Assembly (NCBI GenBank): GCA_030704615.1
Contig: CM060731.1
Location: 34,038,001-34,102,000 of the forward strand
Reading direction: 5' to 3'
Length of the DNA: 64,000 nucleotides
From: Takakia lepidozioides
Lineage: Eukaryota > Plantae > Bryophyta
Positions 13,756 to 25,223 of this stretch are shown piece by piece (within the stretch, counting starts at the first letter, position 1; every line of letters begins with the position of its first letter). Both the position numbers and the translations under genes were made by a program. The notes beneath the pieces were generated by a model that was not told where the DNA came from, searched no databases, and was given only the letters and a program-made list of their open reading frames with translations.

Positions 13756-14705
13756 CACACCCCTACCAATAGGGAGTCGATATCCTCATCGACTTGTCCA
13801 TTTTGTAGAAACGAACATCCAAGTTGTGGCGTCCCACATCAAGGAGTTTGTTTCCGCATCGTGGCGTCCCATGGCTAAGAACCAAACCCCCACTTGACTC
13901 TACTCTCCACTAGCTAGTTCGGCCGATTTCCTCCAAGTCCCGGCCAAGGGTGGGGCCTCTCAAGCTCATCCCAGTGCACTCTTCTTGGCCATCCTCCCTG
14001 AGGATCGAATCGCCTTACTGCAACAACATTGTTTGCGACCGCTCATGATGTCGCTTTTGGCATCACCTTGAGCAAGGGTTCACCTTGAACCCTTTTTGAC
14101 TAGGAAGATAACCTTGAACCAACCGTGCGCCCCAATCACTACAATTGGATCCGCCTTGGAATGCTGGCCTGAGGTACGGGAACACGCCAAAGCAGCACTA
14201 CGGCTTTGTCCCGAGGCTACACGATTATAGTACGTGAAAAGAAGCACGTAGCTTCCGCGATAACCTGCACTACAAGGCAACCCCCTCGGTAGCACAGTTA
14301 TAGTACGCGCACGCGCCAGGTGCACACTAGCATGCGAACTCCTAAAGAAGGCGCAAGTTTCCTTGTCCCTTGGATGGGAGTCACCCGATTTCGGCACTGC
14401 GCAAACACACGATTAACCCAATTTACCTCTCCCACTTTTGTGAGCTAGCATGCATTCTATACACTAGCCAACCATACCATGCATCACCATTCCAAACAAA
14501 ATAGGAAGCACAACATTTGGGAACCATTTCATTTATACCAAAATTTGTACAATATAAGTTTTTGCAATCAGATTCCTGAGCTAGGTAAGCCGGGCTAAGC
14601 ATGCATTTCCTCCCCCACGCTCCAAGGTTGATGTCCCCATCAACGCTTCTTTCGCTTTTGAGGTCGCCCTTTGAAAGCTGCAACTGCCTCGGATGCGTTC
14701 CCCAT

Positions 14706-17700
14706 TTATGAGGCATGCACCCAAGATGCCTCCACATGATGATAGCCCTTCCATTTCACGAGATACTCCGTTTCTCGATTCTTGAACCTCCTCGACTTAA
14801 GCACTGCCTCCACCTCGTACTCAGGTTCATTTTCATGATCCAACAGCACAGGTGGCGGACGCAACACTTGAGGCCAATTCGGACACGCTTCATCTTTGAA
14901 GTAAGGCTTCAAAAGAGAGACGTGGAATACCGGATGCACTTTGCTGTTTGGCGGCAGCTCCAACTCATACACGTCCTCATTCATAACCTTCCGGATGCGA
15001 AAGGGTTCCGCATACGGAGGTACGAACTTCGGACTCACTTCCGGAGGTAGTGGAAAATTCTTGATGTTCAACCAGACCTCCGTGCCTGCCTCAAACTTGA
15101 CTTCCCTCCGTTTCCAATTTGCTTGCCATTCATACCATTTCCTAGCTTTGGCGATGTTGTACTTTGCGAGCTTCAACAAGCGCTCGCGTTCCTCCAACAC
15201 CGCTGCTGCTTCCGGTTCCTCTACGTCTTGGGCGGCCCAACTTGTCGGCACTAGAGGTGCTTTTCCATAGACCAATACAAAAGGGGAAACACCCGTTGCG
15301 GAGTGTTTTGTGTTATTATAACATAACTCTGCCGCGTCCAAATGCTCCACCCAATCCGATTGGTCCGCCGACACGTAATTCCGCAAGATCTGCTTCACTA
15401 CGGAATTCACCCTTTCCGTTTGGCCGTCCGTCGTAGGTCGGAAGGCGGTGCTCATCTTGAGCCTCGTCCCCATTTTCTTCCACAGTGCCCTCCAAAATTT
15501 ACTTGTAAACTTTGGATCGCGGTCCGAGACAATATCCTTCGGGAGTCCATGATGCTTAAAGACGTGGGCAAAGTAAAGTCGCCCCGTCTCCTGCGCCGTT
15601 GCCGTCTCCTTGGTGGGGATGAAATGGCCCATTCTACTGAACCTATCCACCACCACCATGATTGCATCGAATCTTTTTGACAGCGGCATAGCAGTCATGA
15701 AATCCATCGAGACACTTTCCCAAGACCCCTCTGGAATCGGCAAGAGACTCAAGAGACTATCTCTGATCCCTCCCTTCGGCACATAAAGATGTTTTTGCTT
15801 ATACCAGAGCAGTCCATTTTGCAAGTGGAACTGCGATTTAACCCTCATCCTCAAGTCCCGCATCACGGACTTCATCATCTCATCCTTCCGGTAAGCCTTC
15901 CGGATCTTCCTTTGGAGCGCCGTCTCGCCCCTGTACACCATCATGAGCTGCTGCTTTCTACTTAAAGCATCAGCCACCACATTGTCCCGTCCCGGTTTGT
16001 ACTGGATATCCACGTCGAACAGTGCCAAAGTGTCTTGCCACCTAATTTGTTTTGGAGACAACTTAGGTTGCGTGGCAAAATACTTCACCGTGACATTGTC
16101 CATGAACACCTTCACCGGGTTGGAACCAATATAGTGGCGCCAAAGCTGAAAGCAATGCACCACCGCCTTCATTTCTTTCTCGTGCGTAGGCCACCGTCGC
16201 TCCACTTCATTCAGTTTCTTACTTCGTAAGCCACTGGACGTCCATCCTGCATGAGTATACCCCCAATTGCGAAGTCCGACGCATCTGTATGAATCTCAAA
16301 TGGACGGTTGAATTCCGGGATTTTGAGGACTGGAGCTTCCGCCATCCGCTGCTTCAACTCAGCAAAAGCTTGGCTACAAAAGGTGTTCCATACCCAGACT
16401 TTGGATTTACACAGAAGGTCTGATAGCGGCCCCGCGATCTTGGCGAAATTTCTCACATACTTATGGTAGTAGGAGGCGAGTCCTAGGAAGGATCGCACTC
16501 CCGGGACCGAAGTCGGAGGCTCCCAGTCCAAGATCGCCCTCACCTTTCTGTCATCCATTTTTATCCCATCCTGTGTAATCACATGCCCCAGGAACTCCAC
16601 TTTTGTGACCCCGAATTCGCACTTTGAAGCTTTGGCATACAGCTTCCCTTCCCGCAATTTCTGGAACACCCTTTTTAGGTGCTCCAGATGCTCTTCCTTT
16701 GTTTTCGAGTACACCAAGATGTCGTCGATGTACACGATCACAAAGTCATCCAACCACTCCTGGAAAAGGCTGTTCATTAGCGTGCTAAAAGTCGCGGGTG
16801 CGTTGGTGAGCCCAAAAGGCATCACCAAGAACTCATATAAACCATACCTTGTCCTGCATGCGGTCTTCTCCTCGTCTCCTTCTGCCACTCGAATTTGATG
16901 GTAGCCGGAGCGTAAATCGATCCGGCTGAAATACTTCGCTCCTGCCAACTGATCAAAAAGGTCGTCGACCCTTGGCAAAGGGTACCGGTTTTTTATAGTC
17001 ACCTTATTTAGAGCCCTGTAATCAACACACATCCGCAGCGTCCCATCTTTCTTGTCTGCGAATAGCACCGGGGCTCCGTAAGGTGACTTACTTGGCCGGA
17101 TGTATCCCTTTGACATTAGATCCTTGAGCTGAGTCTTTAGCTCGACCAACTCTTTGTGGCTCAACCGGTAGGGCGCCTTGGCAGGCGGCTCCGATCCCGA
17201 CATTACCTCAATCTTGTGGTCAACTCCTCTTCGCGGTGGCAAGCTGCTTGGTAAGTCCTCTGGCATCACATCCTGGTATTTCTCCAAAATCCCCTTGATC
17301 CAATCTGGGTTCGGCTCCCTATCGCCTTCTCCCTTCACTTGTCTCACATAAAGCAAAAATTGGGGCTCGTGTGACTCCTCCACGGCCCACTCCCTTGCTG
17401 ACAGAAAGTTTATTCGCCCTCCCACGGGGTTGGGCGTTTCCGACACTCGTAAAACTTTGCCACCATTCCCACACGGTAGCGTAACTACTCTCTTGCGGCC
17501 ATCTATGACTGCTCCGGATCTGCTCAAAAAGGTCATCCCCAAAATGAGATCCACTCCATCGATCTCGCAAATGGTGAAGTTCTCACGTCCCTCCCAACTC
17601 CCCAGTTGAAGAGGAACATCGAACGCCAACCTCGTCGCCAATTGTGGTTTTCCTTTGGCAGAACGCACCTCAATAGAGGCCCCCACATCACTTGTCGGGA

Positions 17701-19028
17701 GTCCCACCTTCCGTGCCGTTGCCGGCGTCATGAAGGAGTGCGACGCTCCTGTGACCACCAACAACGACACGTTAGTTCCGGAGATTATCCCACTCACAAA
17801 CATTAACTGACTCTCTTTACGCAAGGCGCCAATTTCCTGATACAACTCACAAGAGTAGTTGCCTACCTTGCAAGTCTTGGCGACCACTGCCTCCACCAAA
17901 CGGCTAATGGAATCCTCGGACAACTCCGTGGTTGCCCGAGTTATGTTCAATTGTCGGGGTTTCGCGCATTTTTTTTTCCATATGCCCGGGTTCCCCGCAA
18001 TTAAAGCACAGTCCATCGAAGGTCGCCTTCTGCCCGCCATAAGCCGCCGCACCTGGTTTTCCTTTCGAGGCACCGGGTGCCGTCTTGACGTGTGAGGGCC
18101 CTCCCTTCAATTTCCATGTGCTATTGTCGCCGCGTGGCCTATCCCACTTCTTTTCCGGTCGGAAGGAGTCACCCTCCCGCCGGGTCTTCTTGTGGTTCAG
18201 CTCCGTACGGCCTTGTCTTTCGCCCCTAGGGACATCCGAGAAGCATTCAGCCCTCTCAATTGCCTCGTTCAAAGTCTTAGGTGGCTTCTCCTCCAACTTC
18301 CGCCTGGCCCATGGGGCCAGTCCCGTCACAAAGTTGAAGACCATTTTTGGTTCTGCCATGTCCGCGACTTCGAGCAACAGCACATTGAAAGCCTGAACAT
18401 ATCCCCGAATGTCATCTGTTTGCTTCAAATTCCTCATCTTGTCCCGGGCGAGCCAGGACGCGTTGAGGGGCATAAACTGTCTCTTCATCAATTCCTTAAA
18501 CCCACTCCAGTCCAAGGTTTCCGGGTTTGGACCTCGGTCGTGAAGGCGTTTCTGCCACCATTGTTGAGCATAGCCCCTTAAATAGGTGGGAGCCACTTCC
18601 ACCCGATCCTCGTCACTCAACTTGGCCGCCCGGAAGTACTGCTCTAGCTCCAAGAGCCAGATGTTGAGTGCCTTCCGATTTCGGACGCCCTCGAAGGTGC
18701 CGGGTTCCTTAGGCTTCACCTTAAACTTTGCCTTAGTGGAAGTAGCATTAGCCGCCTTCAACACGTCTTTCAACGTCCCGCCAAACTGCGCCAACAACCC
18801 TTCCCAAAAGGCTGCTGGCATTGGGGGCATCTGTTGGTCTGTCGGAGCTCTTAGGAATTCCTCGGGCTCCGACTCCTCAGATTCCTCCCGTTCTTGAGCG
18901 GCCTCGTTTTCAAAAGCATGCATCGCTTCCTCAAATGGCCGCTTCGGTGACACATCGCCCCCATTGGGCCCACCAGGATCATCGTCTTTCGGGCCGTTCC
19001 GTTTTCGCTTTGGCTTGCCCGACCCCAT
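14706..19028 (-). pseudogene. gag-pol polyprotein (Gag, Zn knuckle, protease, RT, RNase H, integrase, chromodomain) with frameshifts
   Basis: [13 protein letters not shown]|C split by an extra A at ~17970; protease VTGAS (catalytic D lost); RT YIDD; RH TDAS; frameshift at ~16210; integrase SMDF...SDRD...TDGQTE; chromodomain YEVEAVL...YLVKWKGY. Confidence 0.95.
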
Positions 19029-19083
19029 GATGAGGCCGATCCCAAGGACGATCGCGTACTAAACTCTAGGCTCTGATACCAAG

Positions 19084-19810
19084 TGTCACGCACCTCACTT
19101 CGGTAAGCTCCCCCTTCAAGTCATAGTTACTCGCTTTGATGCGCGTGCCTAACTCCCAACCTGGCCGCCGGGCCAACTCGGAGCTCCGGCTGCTCACTGG
19201 GACATAACAGTCCCCATTTCTTTCCCGACAAATCCTCCACCGATTTGGGCCTAGTGGAAATTCCCTTTGGTAGATGGCAGTTTGGAATAGCTCCCCACTC
19301 CTTGGTCGCTTTCCGGCTCGCTCGCTTACTCACTAGTTTTTTGTCACCAACGGGCTTGCACCGTTCTCGGGGTTACTACTCCCTATATATACTTCTGTGA
19401 CTGTCCGCGGGGGTTTCATAAACAACCATGTCATTTTATGGCGAACCACCACGAAGACCCTCGATTCCCGGTGATGAGTCGCGGTGAGTCTTGGCCCACC
19501 CACCACGGCCCCATTGGATCGTGGTGAGTCCCAAGACTCCCCACGACTCCCACCACCAGGTCTCCGCCCCATGGTGAGTCCTATGCCACCCCCACTAAGT
19601 CCCACTAAGCTACGACCACCCCCTTGTGGAGCCACCCCCACCGCAACCCGGTGTGTGGGGCTCCACCTAGTGAGCGCCTCCGCCTCCTTGAGTGCCTTTG
19701 GGCACTCAAGGGTGCTTCAGCCCCCCGTACCTATTGCTGCCACCGCCCCCACCACAGGGGCAGCCCCTCTGCGTCCCGACCCCCTGCCCTCAAGGCAAAG
19801 GGCCGCGACA
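19084..19810 (-). repeat. 5' LTR of the chromovirus
   Basis: Followed on - by PBS TGGTATCAGAGC and the gag start at 19028. Confidence 0.97.
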
Positions 19811-22800
19811 CTGGCGCACATGAGTCTTGCAGCGGACTGCTTGCGAATAGTCCCCTCCGACGGACCTGCCTGCCAGCAGACTTGCTGAACTAGACTGAGG
19901 TCGCAGCAGACTGACGTACGTGAGTCTTGCAGCGGACTGTTTGCGAACAGTCCCCTCTGGCGGACTGGTCTGCCAGCGGACTTGCCCTTAGGAGACCGGT
20001 AGCAGACTTACCCAGACTTTGCTGGCAGCACACCTGAGCTGACTGACCTTGCAGCATACTTGTGCAAGTGAGTCTTCCAGCGGACTTTGCTAGAGAACAT
20101 TATCAACGGACTGGTTTGCCAGCAGACTTGCAGAAATGAATGGGCCGGACTTGCAGCCAGGACTGCATTGTATGGCACGGGACTTGCCGAAGAGACAGAC
20201 AATGGACGCATGCGACGGACTTGCACGCGAGTGTACAGGAGGGTACGTGAAACTTACGTAATGGCGTTTATTTCAGCGTCGGCATCGTCCACAATGAAGG
20301 CATTGGGTCGCCAGTCCGGCATTTCTGCGAGGAGAGAGTCCCGCAAGGTTGCCATCCACGGCACCAGGTCTGTTGTCCGCTCACGCGCGCATATGATGTA
20401 CGCAACTGGTATACCGTTAAGCCACTCGTCGAAGACCATCAACGTGTACAATGAGAACTGTTCAAATGCAGAATGTCAGATGTTGCCAGTGTGCGTACAT
20501 CCACTACTTCTGCAAGTGGATAAATTGTGAAAGGGATGAAGAGTACCTTGTGTTGATTTGTCCCGAAGGTTGCATCGCATGCAACAATACGGGCATGGCC
20601 TAATTGAAGCATTCGCTTCTTCTGCCACTCAGTCTGTATGCCGATTATGAATGTTAAGTCGCCATCGTAGTGCTTGAATGTTGGCGCCAATTTCTCCTCT
20701 TGATAGAAGAAGACTGATTTCGGGTTTTGGTCTTTCCACATGCGGACACTCTCCGCATCGTTGGCATATTTTTTGAACGTTTGCCACGCCCGTTTCTCGG
20801 CCAGGTTGCGCACATCTTGCTCCAGCAAAAAATCGTCCCGTGTCCATGTATCCCCCAACCCGGTGTTGTTCATGACGTGCTCTTTATGTTCCATCATGAT
20901 TTGGGCGACTGATAGGCCTCGGCACAGACACTCCATGACCCATGCTTTCAATTCCTCGCTAATATGTGGTGCATAGGCGTGGCGAGTGTTCCTGAACTCA
21001 ACGGACTTCCCATGACAGGCGTTCCCTTTCGCGTCTGTATGCTCCATATTGTTGTAGTACGTGAGGACACAAATGTCGGGGGCAAGATAATATTGCTGGA
21101 CCTTGAAACAGCACTGGCAACCACGCTTGTAAGGATCTCCATATTCCGACTTCTTTCTCCTTGGGCCTTTATGAGGGTGAGATGTTCTAGCACCCACAAG
21201 AGGTCCTCCACGTTTCAATTTGGGATCCTCCACTATCGCATTGTTGGTGCGCTTGTCATCTGGACCGTAGCAGCATTGATATCTGGACATAAAAATCACA
21301 ATGGATATCCATCGACTTCTGGAAGCATGAAATCACAGAACGTGGGTCCGAAAAATGGCAACAGACATGCAATCAGACTACAAAAGGACGATGAGGATGG
21401 TGCAAACATGATACTGTTCAGAGAACTGCTGGCTCTCGGCTCTTTTAGCATGCCGGGTTGTACTTTAGTATGGATATTTATCCAAAACTGAGTGGGGTAG
21501 TCCACCAAACTCTCCTCTCCAAGGAGAAAGGTATGCAGGCCTTCAGAACATTTTGTCTGGCACCCATGTAACCATATTGCGTGTCTCTCTTCCATTGGAG
21601 GTCCTTCGTGTTGAAGGGTCCTTGTTTGGTGTTTGCAAACTTTGTCGAAGAGGCCGTATAATCCAGCATCCCATTTTTAGTATATCATCACCTTCTGCTT
21701 CCACGTCCATGCCTTGTACAGTACAGAGGACACGCTTCAGAACCTGCAAGAAACGCGCAGCAGCACACTGGACACGATGGACAACGTGCAAGGAGCATCA
21801 GTGCGCACGTTCGCGGCTGTTGGCAAGTGGCAGGCAACAGGGATAATGTTTGAATTCATGCCCTAAAAATGGAGGGCTCAGATGGCATTTACGAACGGAC
21901 GGTCCAGATGCGGCATCATGAGTGGACTGGAGGAAAGCGGACTCATGGGCGGCGGACTGGCAGGCAGACTGTTGGGTGGACTAGCATGGATGGCGCGGAT
22001 GGGTTTCTCAGAATGGACAATCCAGATCCTTCGGCCGCCGCAGACTGGCAGACTAGCAGACTGGGGGGCAGCAGACGGGCACAGCGGACTGTTGGGTGGA
22101 CATGCGGGGATTGATACATCGGACTGGCGTGCACTGCTGACTGGCCGGCAGACTGGCGGTTTGGCGGACTAAGGGGAACTGGACTCACGAGCAACGGACA
22201 AGCGGGCGGATTGGGGCCGCGGCAGCAGCTAGGCGACCGCGCGCAGCAACGGGCTGGGGGAGCCGGGCGTCCGTGCGCGGGGCCCACCGGTCAGCTCGCG
22301 CGTGCACCATAACATCCCAATTATTGTAAAATGAGAGGCTACGCATTTCAGCCATAGTATGCATTTCAGCAGGTTCCTTGTTCCTTCCAATTGCCAGCAA
22401 TCGGAAACTTGGAGATACCAAAACGATATAGACTCTCTACTTGAAGAGAATGTGGATGCACGCCTTGAGGCCACCAAAGGTATCCAGTAGACTAAGTCGC
22501 CACACGAGAGTATATACAGTGACTACTTGTTAGGGAATAATGATGGAGCCGATGCAGGCAGGCAGTGCCACGATGAACAGAACCCAGCTCCTGCATGAAT
22601 GCAAAACCATTTTTGCTATTGAAAACTAACCAATTCAATTCTTTTGACTGGCAAACACTACTAACCTCAAATTGGTGAGTAAGCTTGTCTTTGCCGCTTT
22701 AAGTAAACAACAGGTTTTTCCAATCTCATAAAAGGCTTCTCAGCTCAATGTTGGCGTTACATGGACTGAAACCCAATAGGTGTACAGGTCATTACATACA

Positions 22801-22899
22801 ATGCCTGCTCAGAGCTGCTTTTAGGTTGAGATGAAACCGGGGCTCACATACTTATTGATAGTACTAAGAGAAGTGGTTTATGTTCAATATGCATCTTAA

Positions 22900-24573
22900 C
22901 CCCTAAAGGACAACGCGACCCGAATCGGGCGTCAGATTACTTGCCTCGCTCCAATTCCCATGGATGATATTGGATGGAAGTGAACCTTGAAGATGAATTG
23001 TATATGTCAGAGAGGAGCACATGTGGGAATGCCAAAAAATCATAAAAGCTCTGCTCCCTAGAATTTTGCAAAGTGCCAGGGTTTCATGAAATCCAGTGTT
23101 AGAGCACCATTGACTTGCCTACGTGGCAGTCAAGTGGGCAGTGTTCAAGATAACATCTAGGGCTGAAATTTATCGTGATGCCAAAATTTTTGGACAAGGC
23201 ACCATGAAATGTTAATGTGCACTTACTTACCCAATTATTTTTATGCTTTATTATATTACTTATTGAGCTTTCTATTAATTAGTGGATGGTCCTGCTGAGA
23301 AAGTTGAGAACGTTGAGAAAGTGCAAAAATCAAGATTGAAGTAAATTACAACAGGTTCATAGAGATAACATGCTACACACGGGTTTGAGAGTTTTGTGCG
23401 TTGAACCTGTACGAAATGGAGTCCTGTTGAGAAGCTTGACAATCCTAGTGCCCCCAGCCGCAACTTCGCCAACCCCAAGCAACTCCACCTGCACCAAGCC
23501 TGATCCCCTCTATTCCTCTAACCCTGTTCCTTGTACTTCTGCAGCAGCCACAACCACAACCACAACCACAACCAACTTAGCACACCCTGAAGATAAGAAA
23601 AAACTACTGACACTGGCTCTGAAACTAATAGTTGTAACTAGTGTCTGTGGCACCAAAAGCCACTAGTGAGTCTTCTGCAGATAGTTATAGCCAGCTTCAT
23701 TAGTCACTAGTTGACTTTCTAGATAGTTCTACTATTATGTCAGTTGGGTTTCAAGCAACAAGTTAACTATTGAGGGCAGCCGCGAGACCAAGTGGCTCTT
23801 AGTTATGCAGGCTTCGGCAAGAGTCCTCTCTCTCTCTCAAGTATTGAACTACTAAAAAATGGCTAGTAACTACCGCATGGGCCCACACCCTACATTCATG
23901 GGGCCCACCAACTACATCCTACATTCATGACCATGTGTTTTTTTTTTTTTTTTTTGGCTATGTTTGAGACCTCGCAAGTTAAATTACCCTTACCCACACC
24001 CCTCTCCCTGCCACCTCATTCGTCAAACCCTCTGATTTCCTGGACCACTCTAGAAACAGGGCCGAAGGGCCCAATGAAACTGCTCTACATATTCACCAGA
24101 GGAATTGGAAAACAAATGTCACCTCATGGGTGTACTTGGGAAAGAAGCCAAAACAAGATTTTTTACCCCCCAGATTTCACATACAAAGCAGCCCCCATAT
24201 TTTTGGCATTTTGGTATGAGATTCTGGGAGATGACTTGTTGGTTGCCCCTTATCTGCATTCTGGAGGCCATTTCTTCAAGAAAAAATTGTAAAATCACCA
24301 AACTTGCATGGTCAAAGCAATTTTCCCTCTTTTCTTTTGTTCATGGTTTCAACTTGGCCAATTTTCGTTTGTATAATCTACTAAATGGAACCGTCAAAAG
24401 TGCTACAATTTTCTGACGACCTTCATGTAGTAGGTAGGGATGAAATGGAACGGTTCATCCAGCTTGATGTAAGGGGGTAGGAAGTTAGCCCAGGAAGGAA
24501 GTTACAACTCAGCAATAGAGGGTATGGCCCACTTTTTGGGAAAACTCCCAAAAGTTAGCTCGTCCTTTAGGGG
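22900..24573. mobile_element. Non-autonomous TIR element with piggyBac signature inside the P450 intron
   Basis: TTAA (22896-22899) | CCCCTAAAGGAC ... GTCCTTTAGGGG | TTAA (24574-24577): perfect 12-bp TIR and TTAA TSD. No transposase recognised. Confidence 0.7.
23550..23576. repeat. (ACAACC)n microsatellite
   Basis: About four tandem ACAACC units. Confidence 0.8.
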
Positions 24574-25223
24574 TTAAGTAGAATGACTATTGTGATGGCA
24601 ACCAGGTGTCGATGATACTGAACGAGACAGTGCTGCTTTACCCGCCGGTCGCAGCAATTGAAAGAGACTCCAGTGCGGCACACAAACTGGGAGACATATC
24701 CGTAATTGGGTACCACCATAGTGATTCCTATCCCTCTCATTCATCAGAAGCAGGAGCTTTGGGGAAAAGTTGCCACTAGTTTCAAACCGGCGCGCACAGA
24801 GGCCTTCCTGCCTTTTGTGGCGGTACCCGCATGTGCTTGGGAAAGAACTTTGCATTGATGAAGGCCAAGGCTGTTCTCTGCCTGTTGCTGCAGAGGTTCA
24901 GCTTCTCTCTGGCACCGGGTACCGCCATGCGCTTGGCATAGGACAAGCCCTTGTGCCCGAATGTGGAGTGCAGCTTCTTGTGAGGAAGTTTGATCGACAC
25001 ATTCTTTGAGCTAGTCTACCACCCATCATCCAGTCCGACGCTACCTCACACCTTGGCTTGTATATACCTATGAGTGCAATAGGGTCTTACCCGGAATCAC
25101 AGATTGTGCCTCAAAAGACTCTCTTTCAATTACTGCGACCGACGGTCAATTAGTGTACAGGTGAAATAGAACTACAAAGATTCATGCTTCTAGCAGTATG
25201 CATCAGCTTGAAATATCGTTGTA

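Larger units (their letters stand above)
13033..19810 (-). mobile_element. Full-length Ty3/gypsy chromovirus, Galadriel-like, defective
   Basis: LTRs at 13033-13755 and 19084-19810 (TG..CA), TSD CTGGC (13028-13032 / 19811-19815), tRNA-iMet PBS TGGTATCAGAGC (19070-19081, -), purine-rich tract at ~13756-13768, domain order gag-PR-RT-RH-INT-chromodomain. Confidence 0.97.
12690..20100. repeat. 100-bp tandem array in the transposase intron (12690-13032 and 19811-20100), split by the LTR retrotransposon
   Basis: CTGGCGCACGTGAGTCTTGCAGCGG-like unit starts at 12828, 12928, 13028|19811 and 19911, an exact 100-bp period across the insertion. Confidence 0.9.
11408..21800 (-). pseudogene. MULE transposase with SWIM zinc finger (At4g13970/At1g60560-like), intron interrupted by a chromovirus
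   Basis: YQCCYGPDD...KRGCQCCF...H..CHG (21299-20900); ACDATFGTN, YTLMVFDEWLNGIPVAYII, FIVDDADAEINAI (20600-20258); CLWHVRQAW (~12450); EAYHGNLK...RRVDWLI; SWIM CTCPWAMKGNLCEH (~11790-11840). Frameshifts in the 3' part. Confidence 0.85.
1..22318 (-). mobile_element. Mutator-like element (MULE) with transposase and convergent Ulp1-like gene, interrupted by three nested TEs; left end probably outside the window
   Basis: MULE transposase/SWIM exons at 11400-21800 (-) and Ulp1-like exons at 7864-10360 (+). The same CAGACT/AGTCTG-rich non-coding sequence recurs at 1-868, 5632-5744, 9600-10020, 10690-11150, 12550-13032, 19811-20230 and 21890-22200. A GC-rich end at ~22318 (GGGATGTTATGG on -) is followed by P450 intron sequence. 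Partner TIR/TSD not visible. Confidence 0.65.
22373..25009 (+). pseudogene. Cytochrome P450 (CYP72 clan) pseudogene, last two exons (22373-22674, 24606-25009)
   Basis: Penultimate exon: FLP..NRK...YLLG...LHECKTIF...NLKL|GT. Last exon: AG|VSMILNETVLLYPP (ExxR lost)...ELWG...AFLPF.GTRMCLGKNFALMKAK..LLQRFSFSLAP (heme motif). Several frameshifts; 5' exons missing at the MULE boundary. Confidence 0.85.

Noticed and set aside
13249-13897. Pro-rich ORFs in the LTRs (also 19333-19893)
   Set aside because: These are by-products of C-rich LTR sequence, with no domain.
17960-17985. A-run between the gag and pol ORFs as a programmed ribosomal frameshift
   Set aside because: The shift falls inside the CX2CX4HX4C knuckle and removing one A restores it. 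Such elements normally have a single gag-pol frame, so this is a mutation or homopolymer error.
23879-24530. Harbinger-like MITE (GGGCCCACACCCT ... AGGGTATGGCCC) inside the TTAA element
   Set aside because: The inverted repeat is imperfect and there is no matching TSD.
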